From: an uncultured Candidatus Rokubacteria bacterium
GTDB taxonomy: Bacteria > Methylomirabilota > Methylomirabilia > Rokubacteriales > CSP1-6
NCBI GenBank assembly: GCA_963754315.1
Contig: CAVWFS010000019.1
Span: 512,001 to 576,000 of the forward strand
Direction of reading: 5' to 3'
Length of the DNA: 64,000 nt
The translations under genes and the position numbers were made by a program. The notes under the pieces are model-generated. The model was not told the origin of the DNA. It did no database searches and worked only from the letters and a program-made list of their open reading frames with translations. The number at the start of each line of letters is the position of its first letter. Positions within the stretch are counted from its first letter, which is position 1. Shown here in pieces: positions 30,955 through 40,996 of the stretch.

Positions 30955-33273
30955 ATGGCGCTCGTTGGCGCGGAGGTCAAGCGCAAGGAAGATCCCCGGT
31001 TGATCACCGGGACCTCGATCTACGTCTCGGACATCGGCATGCCCGGCCTCCACTACGTGGCCTTCGTGCGTAGTCCCCATGCCCACGCGCGCATCCGGAG
31101 CATCGATACCGCGGCCGCCGCCCGCCGGCAGGGGGTGCGCATGATCCTCACCGGTCGCGACCTCCGCGGACAGTGCGCTCCAGTGCCCCCGGGAACCGGC
31201 GGCGGCGAGGGTGGCGGGAGCGCCAATCCCGACAACATCGGACGTCAGCACTATCCGCTCTCGCTGGATCGCGTGCGTCACGTGGGCGAGGCGGTGGCGG
31301 CCGTGGTCGCAGTCTCGGAAGCCGTGGCCGTCGATGCGGCAGCCGATGTGGTGGTGGACTGGGAACCCCTGCCCGCCGTCGCCGATGCCTTCGAGGCCAT
31401 GGCCCCGGGCGCGCCTTTGCTCTTCGACGACGCCAAGGGCAACATCGAGCACGTCAAGGAGGTCAAGGCGGGCGATCCCGACGCCGCGTTCGCACGCGCG
31501 CATCGGGTCGTGAAGCAGCGGATGGTCAGCCAGCGGCTAGCCGGCATCACGATGGAGCCTCGAGCGGCCCTGGCCGCCCCCGATCCTCTGACAAGCGGAA
31601 TCGTGGTGTGGGATACCCATCAGGCCCCCCATATGCTCCGGAACGACATCGCAGGTGCCCTCGGTCTGTCCCAGAGCATGGTGCGGGTCATCGCGCCCGA
31701 AGTGGGTGGCGGCTTCGGGGTCAAGTTCGGACTGTATCCGGAGGACGTCACCCTGGCCGTCATCGCTCATCGGCACCGCATCCCCGTACGGTGGACGGAG
31801 ACGCGCAACGAGCACATGACCTCGACCACCCACGGGCGGGCGCAGGTCACGGATCTGGAAGCGGCGGTGGAGAGGGACGGAACCATCACCGCGCTCCGCA
31901 TGCGCGTGACCGCCGACGTGGGGGCGTATCCGGTCTTCACCTTCATTCCGGAGCTGACGCTTTCCATGGGCATCGGCGTCTACCACGTGAAGAACATCGA
32001 CCTCACCGCCACCTGTGTCTTCACCAACAGCACCTCCGTGGCGGCCTACCGCGGCGCCGGGCGGCCCGAAGCCGCCTACTACCTGGAGCGATTCGTCGAC
32101 ATCATCGCCGCCGACCTCGGCCTGGCGCCTGAGGTCGTGCGCCGAAAGAACTTCATCCCGCCCTCCGCCTTTCCGTACGCGGCGCCTACCGGTCAGAACT
32201 ACGACAGCGGGGAGTACGACGGCGCCCTCACCAAGGCGCTGGACGTGGCCAACGTGGCGGGCCTGCGTGCCGAGCAGAAGCAGCGGCTGGAGCGTGGCGA
32301 TCGCAAGCTGCTTGGCATCGGCATGGCCTGTTACGTGGAGATGTGCGGCTTCGGGCCGTTCGAGAGCGCGGTGGTGCGGGTAGAGCCGGGGGGGACGGTG
32401 ACGGCCTACACGGGGACCTCCGCCCACGGACAGGGGCACGAGACGACGTTTTCCCAGATCATCGCCGACCGCCTCGGCGTTGATTTCGACAAGATCGTGG
32501 TGCGCCACGGCGACACCATGAACACGCCCATGGGCAACGGGACGGGCGGCAGCCGCAGCCTGGCGGTGGGGGGCTCCGCCATCCTGCGCGCGGCCAACAT
32601 GGTGCAAGAGAAGGCCCGGCGCATTGCGGCCGTCATGCTGGAGGCGGCCCCCGAGGACATGGTCATGGACAATGGCCGCTACCACGTGCGCGGTGCGCCG
32701 GGTAAGGCGGTCGCTCTCGCTGACATCGCCGCCAAGGCCTACGGCGAAGGCCTTCCCGAGAACATCGAGTCCGGGTTAGAGGCCACGGACTTCTTCCGGC
32801 CGCCTCAGCTCGTGTATCCCTTCGGAGCCCACGTGGCGGTGGTGGAGGTGGACCGGGACACGGGCCAGGTGACCATGCGGAATTTCGTCTCCGTGGACGA
32901 CTGCGGGGTCCGTATCAGTCCCATGCTCGTCCGCGGCCAGGTGCACGGAGGACTGGCTCAGGGCATCGCGCAAGCCCTCCTGGAGGAGGTCGCGTACACC
33001 AAGGATGGTCAGCTCGTCACCGGAACTCTGATGGACTACGCCGTGCCCCGCGCGGATGACCTGCCTTTGTTCGTCACCGATCAAACGGTGACGCCGACGC
33101 CGCACAATCCCATGGGGGCCAAGGGCATCGGCGAGGCCGCAACCATCGGGTCAACCCCGGCCACCGTCAACGCCGTGGTCGACGCGTTGCGGCCACTGGG
33201 TATCAAGCACCTCGACATGCCGCTCCGTGCGGAGCGGGTGTGGCGAGCTCTTTCCGGAGACGGCGCCAAGTGA
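30955..33273 (+). CDS. Xanthine dehydrogenase/CoxL-family molybdopterin subunit (form II CoxL-like)
   Basis: RKEDPRL, GGGFG.K, AYRGAGR, HGQG.ET, GQ.HGG..QG, KG.GE. Confidence 0.9.
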   Translation: MALVGAEVKRKEDPRLITGTSIYVSDIGMPGLHYVAFVRSPHAHARIRSIDTAAAARRQGVRMILTGRDLRGQCAPVPPGTGGGEGGGSANPDNIGRQHYPLSLDRVRHVGEAVAAVVAVSEAVAVDAAADVVVDWEPLPAVADAFEAMAPGAPLLFDDAKGNIEHVKEVKAGDPDAAFARAHRVVKQRMVSQRLAGITMEPRAALAAPDPLTSGIVVWDTHQAPHMLRNDIAGALGLSQSMVRVIAPEVGGGFGVKFGLYPEDVTLAVIAHRHRIPVRWTETRNEHMTSTTHGRAQVTDLEAAVERDGTITALRMRVTADVGAYPVFTFIPELTLSMGIGVYHVKNIDLTATCVFTNSTSVAAYRGAGRPEAAYYLERFVDIIAADLGLAPEVVRRKNFIPPSAFPYAAPTGQNYDSGEYDGALTKALDVANVAGLRAEQKQRLERGDRKLLGIGMACYVEMCGFGPFESAVVRVEPGGTVTAYTGTSAHGQGHETTFSQIIADRLGVDFDKIVVRHGDTMNTPMGNGTGGSRSLAVGGSAILRAANMVQEKARRIAAVMLEAAPEDMVMDNGRYHVRGAPGKAVALADIAAKAYGEGLPENIESGLEATDFFRPPQLVYPFGAHVAVVEVDRDTGQVTMRNFVSVDDCGVRISPMLVRGQVHGGLAQGIAQALLEEVAYTKDGQLVTGTLMDYAVPRADDLPLFVTDQTVTPTPHNPMGAKGIGEAATIGSTPATVNAVVDALRPLGIKHLDMPLRAERVWRALSGDGAK

Positions 33274-33596
33274 AAGCTCGCGTTCTGCTCGTTGTACTGG
33301 TGGGGCTGGTGGGGGGATGGCTCCCGACTCCGGCGGGCGCTCAGCAGCGCATCGTCATCAACGGATCCATTCAGTGGATCGACGGTTCGAGGATGCAGGT
33401 GATGGCCGACAGCGGCTACAGCATCAACGTGAGCCTCGACCAGATTGCCCAGGACGAGTACAACACCATGCGAGGCGGGGACCGTATCCGGATCTACGGC
33501 GTCGTCCCCCCGGACCGCCGCCGGGTCATCGCCGAGCGTATCGAGCGAGGCCCTAACATCTACGACAACTACTCGGAGTTTCCCCAGTCGCCGTGA
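33270..33596 (+). CDS. Hypothetical secreted protein
   Basis: Signal peptide ending PAGA-Q; GTG start overlaps the coxL-like stop. Confidence 0.65.
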   Translation: MKARVLLVVLVGLVGGWLPTPAGAQQRIVINGSIQWIDGSRMQVMADSGYSINVSLDQIAQDEYNTMRGGDRIRIYGVVPPDRRRVIAERIERGPNIYDNYSEFPQSP

Positions 33597-33656
33597 CGAG
33601 CGCTGGGGAAGCGTCAAACGTTACCAGCTGACCCTCTCCGCAGGGTGGCAAGCTCC

Positions 33657-34853
33657 TCACGCGTGGCCCCAGAGCTGCCGGCTGGCCAGGCGGGCGCCCT
33701 CGGCTAGGGCGGCGAACTTCAGCCAGGCCACGCTCGGGTGCGTGTCGTTAAAGCGCACGGCCGAGGCGGCGAACCCGCAGTCGGCCCCGGCCATGACGTT
33801 CTCACGCCCGACGATTCTGGCAAAGCGGGTGATGCGCTCGGCGATCAGCTCCGGGTGCTCGACCAAGTTGGTGGTGTGGCTGATGACTCCCGGAATGAGG
33901 ATCGTTCCCTCAGGCGGCCGGACTCGCTCGAAGACATGATATTCGTGCTCGTGGCGGGGGTTGGCCGCCTCGAACGAGTAGGCGCCGGCGTTGATCCTGA
34001 ACATGATGTCGACGATGTCCTTCAATTCCATGTCGTGCACGCGCGGACCGACGTCGATGCTGTAGCACGTGTGAAAGCGCACGCTCTCGGGCGGAATCCC
34101 GCGCAATGACTCGTTGATCGCTTCCACGCGCCGCATCGCCCACGTTCGACAATCCGCCACGCTGAGGTCGGGATTCATCATGTAGTAGGTGATCAGGCGC
34201 GGGTCGTCGATCTGGAGGACGAAGCCCGCGTCGACGATCGCGCGGTACTCTTCCCGGAGCGCGTTGGCGAGGGCGTGCTCGTACTCCTCGTCGGTCCGGT
34301 AGAACTCGTTCGGGAGGGTGGCGAAGATGTAGGAGGGCGCGATGGCCGGCAGGAACACCTCCTCGTGGGGGAGACCCGTCAGCGCCACGTTCAGATTCTC
34401 GATATCCGCCTGGATCGCCGCCTGGCCCTTGTAGCGGACCGGCCCCGTGCAGACATCGACGCCATACCGGCGGTCGCCCCCGCGACCACCCGCCCATTCC
34501 GCGATCCGCTCGGACCAGGCGTAGTAATCGGGGAAGGCCCGATAGTCGCGGCTGGTGGCCCGCAGACTGCCCTCCTGCCCTTGCGGTGCCGGCTTGCGCT
34601 CGAAGCCGGTGAAGCGTTCGACGATGTACCCGAAGAAGCTCGCCTTGCCTTGCTCCCCATCGGTGACGACGTCGATGCCTGCCTCCGTCTGCTTACGGAC
34701 GCTTTCGGACACCGCCTCCCGGACCAGCCGAGCGTAGACCTCGCGGTCGTATGGTTGCCCCCGATCCTTCGATCGAAGGGCCGGAATGAGAGCGTCGGGC
34801 CGGGCGAGACTGCCGACGTGCGTCGTCAAGATCCGTTCTGTGCTTCGCTTCAT
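33657..34853 (-). CDS. Cobalamin-independent methionine synthase II family protein
   Basis: TTHVGSL.RP, G.D...DGE, QIDDP, H.C, E.ANPRH.HE, DCGF. Confidence 0.88.
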   Translation of the reverse strand: MKRSTERILTTHVGSLARPDALIPALRSKDRGQPYDREVYARLVREAVSESVRKQTEAGIDVVTDGEQGKASFFGYIVERFTGFERKPAPQGQEGSLRATSRDYRAFPDYYAWSERIAEWAGGRGGDRRYGVDVCTGPVRYKGQAAIQADIENLNVALTGLPHEEVFLPAIAPSYIFATLPNEFYRTDEEYEHALANALREEYRAIVDAGFVLQIDDPRLITYYMMNPDLSVADCRTWAMRRVEAINESLRGIPPESVRFHTCYSIDVGPRVHDMELKDIVDIMFRINAGAYSFEAANPRHEHEYHVFERVRPPEGTILIPGVISHTTNLVEHPELIAERITRFARIVGRENVMAGADCGFAASAVRFNDTHPSVAWLKFAALAEGARLASRQLWGHA

Positions 34854-34884
34854 TGGCTCTCCTCGGTCGTTGCTGAGCGCTGGC

Positions 34885-35226
34885 CTACGTCTCGTCGGGT
34901 CGGCCCGGCTCGCCGCCTTCCTCGTGCGGGTGTGCGATGGACCGGCGCAGGATGGGGATGCGATGCAGCCAGCGTCGCATCGAGACGCGGGTGTCGTGCG
35001 CCAGTCGCCGCTCCAGCGTGTTGACCCAACCGCGGGCGCGTTCGCTGGCCATGGCGAGTAGGACAATGGCCGCCACATAGAATGGGATGCCCGTGACCAC
35101 CGGGATGAGCCATCCGAGCACACCCAACGCGAAGCACACCAGGGCCCCGAAGAAAAAGAGCAGGCGGAGCCACAGCGGGCGTGGATGGCGATGGACTGGG
35201 AGCAGGTCTGGCAAATCCGGTGGCAT
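34885..35226 (-). CDS. Small membrane protein (two TM helices)
   Basis: GVLGWLIPVVTGIPF hydrophobic hairpin; TACCCT 7 nt upstream of ATG. Confidence 0.55.
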   Translation of the reverse strand: MPPDLPDLLPVHRHPRPLWLRLLFFFGALVCFALGVLGWLIPVVTGIPFYVAAIVLLAMASERARGWVNTLERRLAHDTRVSMRRWLHRIPILRRSIAHPHEEGGEPGRPDET

Positions 35227-35439
35227 GCCTCTGAGGGTACCGCGCATTTCCACGGTCGGCACTACCCTGGCGTACCGGGCTACCTGAGAAGGTCGAGGAC
35301 GCGCAACGCTGACGAGGGTACAGGCGACCGGCTCCGCCTCTTGCAACGGTTAGTCGTCCGTTTCATCTGCGGCGGCGTCCGTGGAGCGCCCGGCGCGCGT
35401 CTGACAGCGCGCTCGAGGCGCTCTGCCGCGAGGCCCCCG

Positions 35440-35640
35440 CCCTGGGCCATAGACTCCGGTCAGACGTCCTCCGGGCTTCCGAAAGCTCTCGACGAGACCG
35501 GTTGATACCGGATCGGAACCGGCATAGAACACGATCGGGACGCTCTTCGTGGCCCGCTTGGCCGCGAGAGTGGCCGAGGTGGTTATGGCAACGATCAGGT
35601 CAACCTTCTCCCCTTCGGGGCTCCTCGCCGCCTCCTCCAC
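35440..35640 (-). pseudogene. Internal fragment of a COG2984 ABC SBP paralogue
   Basis: EKVDLI...AAKRATKSVPIVFYAGSDPV..GLVES.RKPGGRLTG, closely similar to the 38118-39091 copy. Confidence 0.75.
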
Positions 35641-35647
35641 CAGACAA

Positions 35648-36631
35648 TCACTCGATTACCTCATCGGCCCGATTCAGCAGAGATCGGGGGATCGTGAGGC
35701 CAATGGCCTTCGCGGTCTTCATGTTGATGATCAGCTCGAACTTTGTCGGCTGCTCGACGGGAAGGTCCCCAGCCTTCGCGCCTTTGAGAATCTTATCGAC
35801 ATAGCTGGCAACGCGGCGGTGGAGGTAGGCGAAGTCCACGCCGTACGATACCAAAGCCCCGGCCTCCACGAATTGCCGCAGATTGTGCATCGTTGGCAGA
35901 CGGTATTGGCGCACAAGCGTGGCGACTTGTTTCGGATCGATGAACCAGAGATCGTAGCGGAACAAGGCCCCGCCAATGCCGGCCTGCTTCATCTCCGCAA
36001 ACGCCGCGGCCAGTTGCTCGGATTTGCTGATCCGAGATTCTGTGAGCGCGAAGTGAAGCGCTCGGGTCGCGGCCTCGAGTCGTGTTGTCTCGTCGCTCAT
36101 CTGGGAATTCGCGTTGGCCAGCACGGCTACCCGTACCACTGACGGAAGGGCTTCGCGAAACAACTCAAGCTGCTTGGCTTCCAGGTCAGGTGCCAGCGTG
36201 GAGAGTCCGGTGATGTTTCCGCCTGGGCGGGCCAGGCTCACGACGAATCCGCTACGCACAGGGTCCGGGTCGGCAGCCATCACGATCGGGATCGTGGCGG
36301 TCGCCTCCCGCGCCGCGCGGATGGTCAGACCGCGCGCGACGATGACGCTCACCGGAATGCGAACCAGGTCGGCGGCCAGCGCGGGCAAGCGGGCGAGGTC
36401 CCCGTCTGCGTAACGATAGTCGATGACGATATTCGATCCGGGCGTCCAGCCCAGTTCGCGTAGCCCTGCTTCAAAGTGTTCCTGCTGGCGGAAGGCATCG
36501 GCCGGCGGCGCCTTGCCAGGGGAGAGAACACCGACGCGGGGCACGCCCCGCGGCTGCGCGTCGGTCACAACCGGCACGGCGAACAGGGCGAGCAGCAAGA
36601 TGCCCGTCAGCGTGGGCCGTGGCGTGTTCAT
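35648..36631 (-). CDS. ABC substrate-binding protein, COG2984/ABC_sub_bind family (cassette)
   Basis: SLARPGGNITG, YVDKILKGA...DLPVEQPTKFELIIN.KTAKA.GL.IP. Confidence 0.9.
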   Translation of the reverse strand: MNTPRPTLTGILLLALFAVPVVTDAQPRGVPRVGVLSPGKAPPADAFRQQEHFEAGLRELGWTPGSNIVIDYRYADGDLARLPALAADLVRIPVSVIVARGLTIRAAREATATIPIVMAADPDPVRSGFVVSLARPGGNITGLSTLAPDLEAKQLELFREALPSVVRVAVLANANSQMSDETTRLEAATRALHFALTESRISKSEQLAAAFAEMKQAGIGGALFRYDLWFIDPKQVATLVRQYRLPTMHNLRQFVEAGALVSYGVDFAYLHRRVASYVDKILKGAKAGDLPVEQPTKFELIINMKTAKAIGLTIPRSLLNRADEVIE

Positions 36632-36722
36632 CTCACCTCCGAGTGGAGATCGAATCGTTCCGGATTGAGATCACTGCTGCCTGCCCCGCGTCATGTGATT
36701 GCTTACTACCGTACCTTAAGCC

Positions 36723-36793
36723 ACCGAACGACCGCGATAACCCGCGGCGGCGGAGCAACGCGAAGCCGGCGTCGGGTCATCGGGACGTTCGAC
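36723..36793 (-). other. attC site
   Basis: Minus strand GTCGAAC-GTCCCGATGACCCG...CGGGTTATCGCGGTC-GTTCGGT; imperfect hairpin similar to the attC at 48729. Confidence 0.85.
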
Positions 36794-36881
36794 GCTGGAA
36801 GACCATCGCTCTCGGTCGAGTCGAAGACGAGCAAGCCGTCTAGCACAGCTTCCAACCTCCACGATGTCAGGTCTCGACCGG

Positions 36882-37961
36882 TCACGCAAGGCGATAGATC
36901 TCGATCGGCTCGTCACGCCCCTTCACCTGCACCGGCCCAGCGCCTCGGCGCCGTGAGCGGCCTCGCCGACTTCGCGCAACACTTCGGCCGAGAGGAGGAG
37001 CTGCGAACCGTAGTCCTTGTTGAGCTGCTCGATCCGCGCGGCAAGGATCACCACGTTGCCGCTGATCGAATACTGCTGCGCCTGCGAGCCGATATTTCCG
37101 GAGACCGCCTCGCCCGCGTGCAGCCCAATGCCGATGCTGGTCGCCGGGATGCGCCCGGAGTCCGCGAGTGCCTTCACCGCCGCGAGAAGCTCGCGCGCCG
37201 CGCTCAAGGCGTTGCAGCAGTCGCGGCCGGTGGCGACCGGCGCGCCGAACGTCGCCATGAAGCCGTCGCCCAGAAACTGGTTGATCACGCCGTGGTTGCG
37301 GTCCACGATCTCGATCGCCGCGCCGAACACGGCATTCTGATACGCGACGAACTCCTCGGGCGTCTTCTTCTCCACCAGCCGCGTAGAGTCGCGTATGTCC
37401 ATGAATAGCACGCACACGAACGTCCGTTTGCTCGGGATCTCGGGGCCTTGCTTCAGCAATTCCTCCACGATCGCGGGCGACACCTGCTGTCCGAATGCGT
37501 TGACGATGCGCTGGCGCTCTTCCAGTGCCAGAAAGACGCTCATCACGCGGCGCTTGATCTGGTCGGCCACGAAGCCAGCGGCAAATCCGGCCAGCACGAG
37601 CGTCCCGCCCTTGGCCAGGTGGAACGGTGGCACCGAGAAGAGCGTACCGGCTGCCACCTCGCTGCCGCGGACGAGCATGAACGAGAGGGCCACACACTGC
37701 ACCGCCGCGACGCATCCAGTGAAGACCGAGAGCCTGAAATCGAGCCGCAGTGTGGAGAGAACGATGAACACCGGATAGAGATAGGCGGCCGCGCTCTCCA
37801 GGGGGTACACCGGGTCCACCTGGCGCGAACCGAGCAGAATGAGGATGCTCGGGACACTGGTCTCGACAAACGCGTTCCAGAATCGCAGCCGCCGCGGCAG
37901 GCTCTAGCGGCGCCGCGAGTAGCAGAATGGCGACTCCGAGGGTCACTCGAGTCGTCATCAT
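36882..37961 (-). pseudogene. Membrane adenylate/guanylate cyclase (class III), N-truncated and frameshifted
   Basis: LFMDIRDST, FLGDG.MATFGAP, IGIGLH.G, G..V..AARIE; tail VKGRDEPIEIY in another frame. Confidence 0.75.
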
Positions 37962-37981
37962 CGCGACACACGCGGCCGGTT

Positions 37982-38051
37982 TGCCAACGGCACGCTCAGC
38001 GGCCGGGAGCGAGCGCCGCGAGCCCCGGTCCGTTGCAGCGCACAGTTCGGC
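37982..38051 (-). other. attC site
   Basis: GCCGAAC-TGTGCGCTGCAACGG...CCGCTGAGCGTGCC-GTTGGCA. Confidence 0.85.
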
Positions 38052-38117
38052 GATCTCTGGCTCCTGCGACATCCGTCGTCTTTCGGTCTCGGGGCGATAA
38101 GCCCCAGCCTAAGACAC

Positions 38118-39091
38118 TCACTCAACAACCTCATCCGCCCTAGCCAGCACAGCTTGTGGGATCGTGAGGCCCAGGGCCTTGGCAGTTTTGAGGTTGATCA
38201 CGAAGTGGAAGCGGTCGAGCTGCTCGACTGGCAGCTCTCCGGGGTTGGCGCCCAGCAGAACGCGCTGGATGAGCTTGGCCGACAGTCGCCCGATGGTGTA
38301 AAAGTTCAGGCCATAGCTGGCCAGCGCCCCCCGGCGGCGGCCTCCTGGTCCTGGAACATGGTCGGAAGCTTCCTCGCCTTTGCGGCGTCGATGATCAGCT
38401 CCGCCTGGCTGAACACCATCGCGTCCCCGATATAGAAGAAAGCATCCGCCTCCCCGGGCCGGAGCGCCCGTAGACCGGTCCGCAGGTCTTCGACCGAGCC
38501 GACCGGCCGCTCGACGAGCTCTACCTTGAGCTGGCGGGCGGCATCGCGCGCGATCTGCAAAGACTGGGAGGGGTTGTCATGGCGGTAGAAAGTCACGACG
38601 CGACGAAGCCTCGGAAGCATCTCCTTCAGCAGCTGGAGACGCTTCGCGGTGAGGTCCCTGTATTGGCCGTGGATGCCCGTGAGTCGCCCTCCGGGTTTCC
38701 GCAAGCTCTCGACGAGGCCGAGGGCCACCGGATCGGTTCCCGCGTAGAACACGATCGGGACGCTTCTCGTAGCCCGCTGGGCCCTGAGAGTCACCGAGCT
38801 GGCCACTGCCCAGATGAGGTCGACCTTCTCCCCTTCGAGGCTTCGCGCCGCCCCCTCGACCAAGTTCAGATCGCCTTTGGTATCGCGGACGTGGAGGACG
38901 AACTGCTTGCCGTTCTCAAATCCCAGCTCCCTCAGCCCGTCCCGCAGCCCGTCGATGGCCGGCAAGTACGACCCTCCTTGGATAACGACTCCCACCTGAT
39001 AGACGCGAGTCTGTTGCGCCTCGACCGCGAGCGGCAGGGCGAAGAGGGCGAATATCAGGATGCGAGTCAGAATGGGCCGTGGCGCCGTCAT
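38118..39091 (-). pseudogene. COG2984 ABC SBP cassette, frameshifted near 38250-38330
   Basis: N-part ORF 38306..39091; tail LPVEQLDRFHFVINLKTAKALGLTIP...ADEVVE* in another frame. Confidence 0.8.
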
Positions 39092-39182
39092 CCCGACCCC
39101 CGGCCGCGGGTGAATGAGCTCCGGATCGAGGTCACAGCTTCCTGCCAGCGACTATGGCCAGGTCTCCTCACCAGCTTGAGTC

Positions 39183-39250
39183 GCCCAACGCCCCTCAGCC
39201 GCCGCGGCGAGCAAGACGAGCGGGCGGTCGGCTGCAGCCGGTAGTTCGAC
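39183..39250 (-). other. attC site
   Basis: GTCGAAC-TACCGGCTGCAGCCG...CGGCTGAGGGGC-GTTGGGC. Confidence 0.85.
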
Positions 39251-39318
39251 AGGCTCATCGGCCGATCTCCGCGGGGCCTGGGCGCCAAGCACGATGCGCG
39301 AAGCCATGCGCGCGAATC

Positions 39319-40191
39319 TCAAGGGATCCAGGCGAAGGTATCGGGGTTCGGTCCGATCCGTCCGCTCTCACCCTTGTCGAGCGCATCGATCGATGCGACA
39401 TCCTGCTCGGACAGCTCGAAGTCGAACACGTTGAAGTTCCCCTCCATTCGCTCACGGTGCAGCGACTTCGGAATGATGATGTGGCCGCGCTCGATGTGCC
39501 AGCGGAGGATGACCTGCGCGACGGACCTCCCCCGGGCAGCGGCGATCCGACCGATCACCTGGTCATCGAGCACCCGTCCCTGCCCGAGCGGACTCCACGC
39601 CTCCACTGCAATGCCATGACGGGTTGACGCCGCCCGAGCGGCGCTGTTGGCGAAGTACGGGTGGCCCTCGATCTGGTTGACGGCCGGCACAACCCCGGTC
39701 TCCGCGATCACGCGGTCGAGATGGGCGGGCTGGAAGTTGGAGACTCCCGCGGTGCGCAATCGCCCCCCCGCGACCAGCTCACACATGGCCTCCCAGGTCG
39801 ACACGTAGTCACCGTCGTACAGGGTAGGAAGCGGCCAGTGCATCAGGAAGAGGTCCAGCTGCTCGAGGCCGAGCTTCTCAAGGGTCTCGTCGAAGGAACG
39901 TCGCACGTCGGCCGGGCGGTGATTGCCGTTGCCGAGCTTGCTCGTGACGTACAGCTCCTCGCGAGGGATGCCGGAAGCGGCGATCGCCTCGCCCACGCCG
40001 CGCTCGTTCCCGTACATCTGGGCGGTGTCGATGTGGCGGTACCCGACTTCGAGCGCGAGGCCGACGATCTGGGCGGTCTTCTCGGTGTTCGCCCTGGACG
40101 GTCGGCGGTCCGGCGGAACGCCAAGGGTACCGAAGCCGAGCTGGGGGATCGTGGTCTCGTTGCCCAGTGTGATTCGTGAACTCTTGCTCAT
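39319..40191 (-). CDS. Aldo/keto reductase (2,5-DKG reductase-like), cassette
   Basis: GYRHIDTAQMYGNE, TSKL, LMHWP, GVSNF, AWSPLG, IPKS. Confidence 0.92.
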   Translation of the reverse strand: MSKSSRITLGNETTIPQLGFGTLGVPPDRRPSRANTEKTAQIVGLALEVGYRHIDTAQMYGNERGVGEAIAASGIPREELYVTSKLGNGNHRPADVRRSFDETLEKLGLEQLDLFLMHWPLPTLYDGDYVSTWEAMCELVAGGRLRTAGVSNFQPAHLDRVIAETGVVPAVNQIEGHPYFANSAARAASTRHGIAVEAWSPLGQGRVLDDQVIGRIAAARGRSVAQVILRWHIERGHIIIPKSLHRERMEGNFNVFDFELSEQDVASIDALDKGESGRIGPNPDTFAWIP

Positions 40192-40281
40192 GGTCCTGCT
40201 GTCCTTGCTGCGTCCTCTCGGAGTAAGGGCCTGGACCGAGCGTCAGGCGCGACCGAGATCAGATGGTGCCCAGGTTGCGCT

Positions 40282-40350
40282 GTCGAACGACACAGCTCAG
40301 CGGCCCCGTCCGGCTCTGCGGGCGGGGTCAGGTGCAGCGGATGGTTCGGC
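40282..40350 (-). other. attC site
   Basis: GCCGAAC-CATCCGCTGCACCTG...CCGCTGAGCTGTGTC-GTTCGAC. Confidence 0.85.
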
Positions 40351-40379
40351 AATGCTCCTGTCATCCACGCGAGCACGTC

Positions 40380-40880
40380 CTACGTGTCCCCCGCGTTCAA
40401 CTTCTCGACGAGCTGGGATAGGGCGATGCGAACCGACTCGGCGGTGTAGGGATCGTCTGAGTGGGGCGGGCGTCCCTCCTGCTCGAAGTGGGGCCGCTCC
40501 CCGAACGCCCGGCCCCACTCCACGTCGGCCTCACGAACGAGTTCCTTCAGAAGGTACTCGGAGCCGAGGACACTTCGGACGTGACCCGCCAGTACGACGA
40601 GCGGCAGATCTAGGTTGTCGAGCAGGAGTTCGCTCTCCCCCACCTGCCGGAGCAGAACGCCTGGCAACGCACCCGCAGTATCCGCCAGGTGCCGGCCCAA
40701 GTACTCCTGAAGCTCCGCCTCAGCCTGCTGCTTGCGTGTAACGGGAGACACCCCCTTCATCATGCCTCCGCCGGTCAACCGCCCAATGGCTTCGGACAGG
40801 GAGAACTTCCGCTCGGATCGGATTTCCCGCGCAAGGTCGGCGCCTACCTCGGAGGGACGATCGGCCGGATCGTTGCTCAT
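40380..40880 (-). CDS. Hypothetical protein (cassette)
   Basis: RBS GGAGAGG before ATG 40880; protein-like sequence ending DDPYT.ESVR..L. Confidence 0.65.
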   Translation of the reverse strand: MSNDPADRPSEVGADLAREIRSERKFSLSEAIGRLTGGGMMKGVSPVTRKQQAEAELQEYLGRHLADTAGALPGVLLRQVGESELLLDNLDLPLVVLAGHVRSVLGSEYLLKELVREADVEWGRAFGERPHFEQEGRPPHSDDPYTAESVRIALSQLVEKLNAGDT

Positions 40881-40996
40881 GTGCCTCTCCCCCGACATCG
40901 CAACCGAGATCGCGAATCGGCTGCTCGACAGTCGTTGTTGTGCGTGCTCAGGCCATCGTTGTTGCGGGTCCAACGTGATGCTTGAAGGCCCACGGT

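Noticed and set aside
13695..31503. Long antisense ORFs (e.g. 13695..15959, 24914..26596, 29572..31503)
   Set aside because: Shadows of well-supported genes in high-GC DNA; no recognisable motifs.
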